DNA from: Myxococcota bacterium
GTDB lineage: Bacteria > Myxococcota_A > UBA9160 > UBA6930
Direction of reading: 5' to 3'
Assembly: GCA_965223415.1 (NCBI GenBank)
Contig: OZ245002.1
Location: 4,000,001-4,064,000, forward strand
Length of the DNA stretch: 64,000 nt
The position numbers and the translations under genes were made by a program. Below, piece by piece: positions 62,219 through 64,000 of the stretch (position 1 is the stretch's first letter; every line of letters begins with the position of its first letter). The notes beneath the pieces were generated by a model. That model was not told the DNA's origin, ran no database searches, and saw only the letters and a list, made by a program, of their open reading frames with translations.

Positions 62219-64000
62219 GCGTCGCCTCCGGGAAGAGCGGCGCCGCACTGGGCGCAGAAGCGATGGCTCGGGTCGGGTAGGGCACCGCAGGCGTTGCAGA
62301 GGGCAGGCTCCCCGCCCGGCTCGGAGCCGCTGGCCGTCTCGGCCGGTGGCGCTGGGCTGTCAGGCGCTCGCAGCCCCCGCTCCTCCGCCATCAGCTCGAG
62401 GGCCCGGGCGCGCAGCTCCCCGCGCAGGCTCTCGTACTCCTCCGCCGCCACGTGGCCGGTCTCGAAGTCGTGCTCGAGGTCGCGCAGCGCGTCCACGACG
62501 GCGGCACGCTCCCGGCTCGCGGCGGATTCGGTCTCCGCCGCCAGCTCGTCCACCGGCCCGCTCCGCCACAGGGGCCCCACGAGCAGGGCCAGGGCGAGGG
62601 CGCCGCCGATCGCCAGGAGCCCCTGGAAGGCCAGGGCCGGGAAGCGCGCGCGGGGCGGGCGCCGGTCGATCTGCAGCGCGACCCGCTCGTCGGCCTCCAC
62701 CTCGAAGGCCTCCAGGTGCATGTAGGTCAGGTCCGAGGTGCGCACGGGGCGCCGGCGGTGCAGGCGCTCGGAGCGGGGCGCCAGGTTGCCCGGATCCGCC
62801 AGGAAGATCGAGAGCAGGGGGACTGGGACCGGCCAGCTGCGCTCGAGGGCCACCGGAAAGCCGTCCACCGCCTCGCGGTAGGCCACCTCCACCCGCAGCT
62901 CACCGGGCTCCGCCTCGCCGACGACGGCGAGGCCACCCCGGGCGTCCGGCAGCATGGAGACCCCCGCGCCGTCGGCGCCGAAGCGCAGGCGACCCGCGCC
63001 GGAGGGCAGGGGCACGTAGTGGAGGGGCGCGTCGGCGGTGCCGAACACGCGCTCGTCGCCGCGGATCTCGAGCACGTGGCTCTCGCTGATGGCCACGGCG
63101 GCGTCGTCCGCCGTAACGATCAGCCGCACCTCCTTCGTGTGGACCGCACCGGCGGCGGCGAGCTTCGCGGGCGGGACGCGCAGCGCGATGACGACCCGGC
63201 TGCCGGGCGCCCTGGGCCCGCCGTCGTAGGCCGCGAAGCCGGCGCCCTCGCCGGGGGCCAGCGGGGCCTCCGCAAGCTCAGGCGTCTCGAGCCCCGCGCC
63301 CGCCGGAATCCAGAGCCGGAGCGCCGAGGCACCGGTGGGAAGCTCCCACTCGAGGGCGATGCGCTCGGCCTCCTCAGGGGCCGGGACCTCGAAGGAGAAG
63401 GACAGGTCCTGCACGCCGGGATGCACCGGGCCCCACCAGCGCACCTCGCGGCCTTCCTGCTCGACCCCGTCCGGAATGACGCCGAGGGGCATCGAGAAGC
63501 CCGTGGCGCCCTCGGGCAGTCGCGCGCGCAGGGCCGGCGTGGCGCCGGCGCGGCCTTCTGCCGGGACGTGGAAGGTCCTGGGCCCCGGGTTCTCGACGTG
63601 AAGCGTCTCGACGACCCGCAGGCCGCCGCCGGTGCGCTGGAGGCGCCGCTCCGCCGGGCCCGCCACCAGCGCGCCGGCGTCGCTGGACAAGGACGTCACC
63701 GGGATGTCCACCTCGCGCTCGGTCTCGCCGGCGGCGAAGCTGACGCGGGCGCCGGGGAACGGCACGCCCTGGTAGCGGGCGCCGAGCAGGTAGGCGAGGT
63801 TCGCGCTGGTGGCGATGCCTTCGAAGACGAAGCGGCCCTGGGCGTCGCTCGTCGTCTGTCGGAGGCCTGGCAGGCCCTCGGCGGAGAGCGCGTACAGCGC
63901 GACGTCGACGCTGGCCAGGGGCTCGCCGGTCTCCGCCTGCACGACCCGGCCGCGGATCGCGCCGTTGCCCTTCGGCACGTCCGGGGTGCCGCCTTCGGGC
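62215..64000 (-). CDS. Carboxypeptidase-regulatory-like domain + TM + CcmI-like helix + zinc ribbon protein (5' end outside window)
   Basis: 'IRGRVV...TTSDAQGRFVF', a TM segment, 'LRDLEHDFETGHVAAEEY' and 'CNACG...FCAQCG'. Confidence 0.75.
   Translation of the reverse strand, partial: PEGGTPDVPKGNGAIRGRVVQAETGEPLASVDVALYALSAEGLPGLRQTTSDAQGRFVFEGIATSANLAYLLGARYQGVPFPGARVSFAAGETEREVDIPVTSLSSDAGALVAGPAERRLQRTGGGLRVVETLHVENPGPRTFHVPAEGRAGATPALRARLPEGATGFSMPLGVIPDGVEQEGREVRWWGPVHPGVQDLSFSFEVPAPEEAERIALEWELPTGASALRLWIPAGAGLETPELAEAPLAPGEGAGFAAYDGGPRAPGSRVVIALRVPPAKLAAAGAVHTKEVRLIVTADDAAVAISESHVLEIRGDERVFGTADAPLHYVPLPSGAGRLRFGADGAGVSMLPDARGGLAVVGEAEPGELRVEVAYREAVDGFPVALERSWPVPVPLLSIFLADPGNLAPRSERLHRRRPVRTSDLTYMHLEAFEVEADERVALQIDRRPPRARFPALAFQGLLAIGGALALALLVGPLWRSGPVDELAAETESAASRERAAVVDALRDLEHDFETGHVAAEEYESLRGELRARALELMAEERGLRAPDSPAPPAETASGSEPGGEPALCNACGALPDPSHRFCAQCGAALPGGDA

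Overview
Very high-GC bacterial chromosome segment. The gene content (MJ0042-finger protein, PEP-CTERM protein, zinc-ribbon cyclase-ATPase, tandem ArsA-like ATPases) suggests a Myxococcota/deltaproteobacterial organism, which is an inference. About 56 genes are supportable. They include housekeeping genes (tatA, PMM/PGM, sppA, trmB, rlmN, mltD-like, ffh, plsB-like, hisI, hisG, ccmABCD), a methyltransferase-ceramidase-PhoD operon, and an ArsA-pair/PhaR-like cluster. An operon headed by a ParA ATPase fused to a glycogen-binding CBM48 domain is followed by two apparently catalytically dead partners and is divergent from a 2-phosphoglycerate-kinase-like gene. A ~14.5 kb accessory island (36.8-51.3 kb), visibly less GC-extreme, is bracketed by a ~153-bp duplication of the upstream region and 5' end of an SDR gene. 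It carries two tandem wHTH-AAA regulators, three genes sharing a conserved upstream direct-repeat box, an adenylate cyclase and an IS630 element. No rRNA, tRNA or CRISPR array was recognised. All functional calls come from motifs read by eye, with no database searches.
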